Below, one piece after another: positions 1 to 64,000 of a stretch of 64,000 nucleotides of DNA (positions are counted from its first letter, which is position 1; every line of letters starts with the position of its first letter). The notes under the pieces are model-generated. The model was not told the DNA's origin and ran no database searches. It saw only the letters and a program-made list of their open reading frames with translations. Source of the DNA: Octopus vulgaris (taxonomy: Eukaryota); the NCBI GenBank assembly GCA_951406725.2, contig OX597823.1:4216001-4280000 (forward strand), given 5' to 3'. A program made the position numbers and the translations under genes.

Positions 1-672
1 ATGAATGATATTTGTTGCAAAATAAATACCAACTGTCCAACCTCATTATTATTACATCATATTGTGAAATATAAGATACAGAATTTTAATAGTAACATTA
101 TTTAATGTTGTTTAAAGATTTCTTTCTGATGAGTGTGCTTAACTTTTGCTTGTCATTCCACCTTTACTGCGCTTTCACTGTCAGACAATTTGTTTTGCAC
201 TGGACACAGTTTTAGAACAGAAATAGTACCCCCTCCCCCTCGCACACACACACACACACACACTTATTCATCTCTTTGTTTGCATCATTGCACCACTTCT
301 TTCTTTCTTTCATAATTTCACACATCACTGCACAATAGAACAATCATCAGAACTCTTATTCCAAATTTTCACCCAGAGGCATCTGAGTAGCAGAAGGTGT
401 GGGGTGGGAGAGAAGGTATTATTGTCATGCTTGTATTATTGATTGGTAAATAATCAAAGATTTAAAGAAATGTTGGTCGTGATCCTAATTAGTTGTTTAG
501 GTATAAAATTTTTGTACAACTTATATGTTGTTAGTCACTGATCCAGGGCTAAATTTTTTCTTTCAATGTTCATTATGTTTATTACATTTAATTAATTAAT
601 GTGTTCGGATTCTGATTTTTGTTTTGTTTTTTGTTTTTTATTTCTCTCTAACATCTTTGCCGTTGCCTACAG

Positions 673-63537
<62,865 letters not shown>

Positions 63538-63624
63538 GTTAGTTTCCTTTAAGATGTGAAAAGTATTATAAAGCCATCAGCAGATTTCATTAGGGTTATT
63601 CAATTAATTTGGTTGAATATTATA

Positions 63625-63945
63625 ACCATTATTCCATGTTCATATTGATCGGATGGAATTCATTGAGGTAGATTTTTTTCCATGGCCAGATGCTCTTTTT
63701 CTTACCAACCCTCACCTGTTTCCAAGCTAGGGTGTTTTTCCCCATGGTTAGACAGGTCTTTCATGGAAGACTTGAAATGAATGACCTCACATGCACAATG
63801 GTGATGCTCATCTACAACCACCAGTCTCTCACACACACACACACACAAGCTTCTCTCAGTTTCTCTCGACCAAATTGGTCATTCCAGGGCTGCAGCTGAA
63901 GACACTTGGACTAGCTGCCGTGCAGTGAGACTGAACCTAAAATCT
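63625..63945 (-). mobile_element. SINE family B, tail type 2, antisense
   Basis: similar to 7405-7832. Confidence 0.65.
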
Positions 63946-64000
63946 TAACCAATCAGCTATCAAAATAAAACTGGACATGGTGTAACTTTATACGCAGACA

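Overview
Eukaryotic, AT-rich, microsatellite- and SINE-dense genomic DNA, most likely an octopus (inferred from recalled repeat families, not a database match). The whole window lies inside one + strand gene: the spectrin-repeat rod of a spectraplakin (Shot/MACF1/dystonin orthologue). I traced 45 GT-AG exons (673-63537) that splice in one continuous phase-consistent frame of 9126 nt (~3042 aa, ~28 spectrin repeats); the start and stop codons lie outside the window. Introns hold several tRNA-derived/RTE-tailed SINE families, piggyBac- and hAT-type MITEs, a probable Helitron, and remnants of mariner, RTE, CRE-like, HERO-like and two R4/Dong-like elements. The most notable non-coding signals are: a complete type I hammerhead ribozyme with a palindromic (dimer-type) stem III at 57119-57201 (-), inside a Penelope-like inverted-repeat insert; further decayed hammerhead relics; a perfect 74-bp fold-back hairpin at 7834-7987; a triplicated splice-acceptor region; Dong-type (TAA)n tails abutting two acceptors; and a Ser/Pro-rich symmetric exon flanked by complementary SINE sequence. 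All coordinates and structures were derived by eye.
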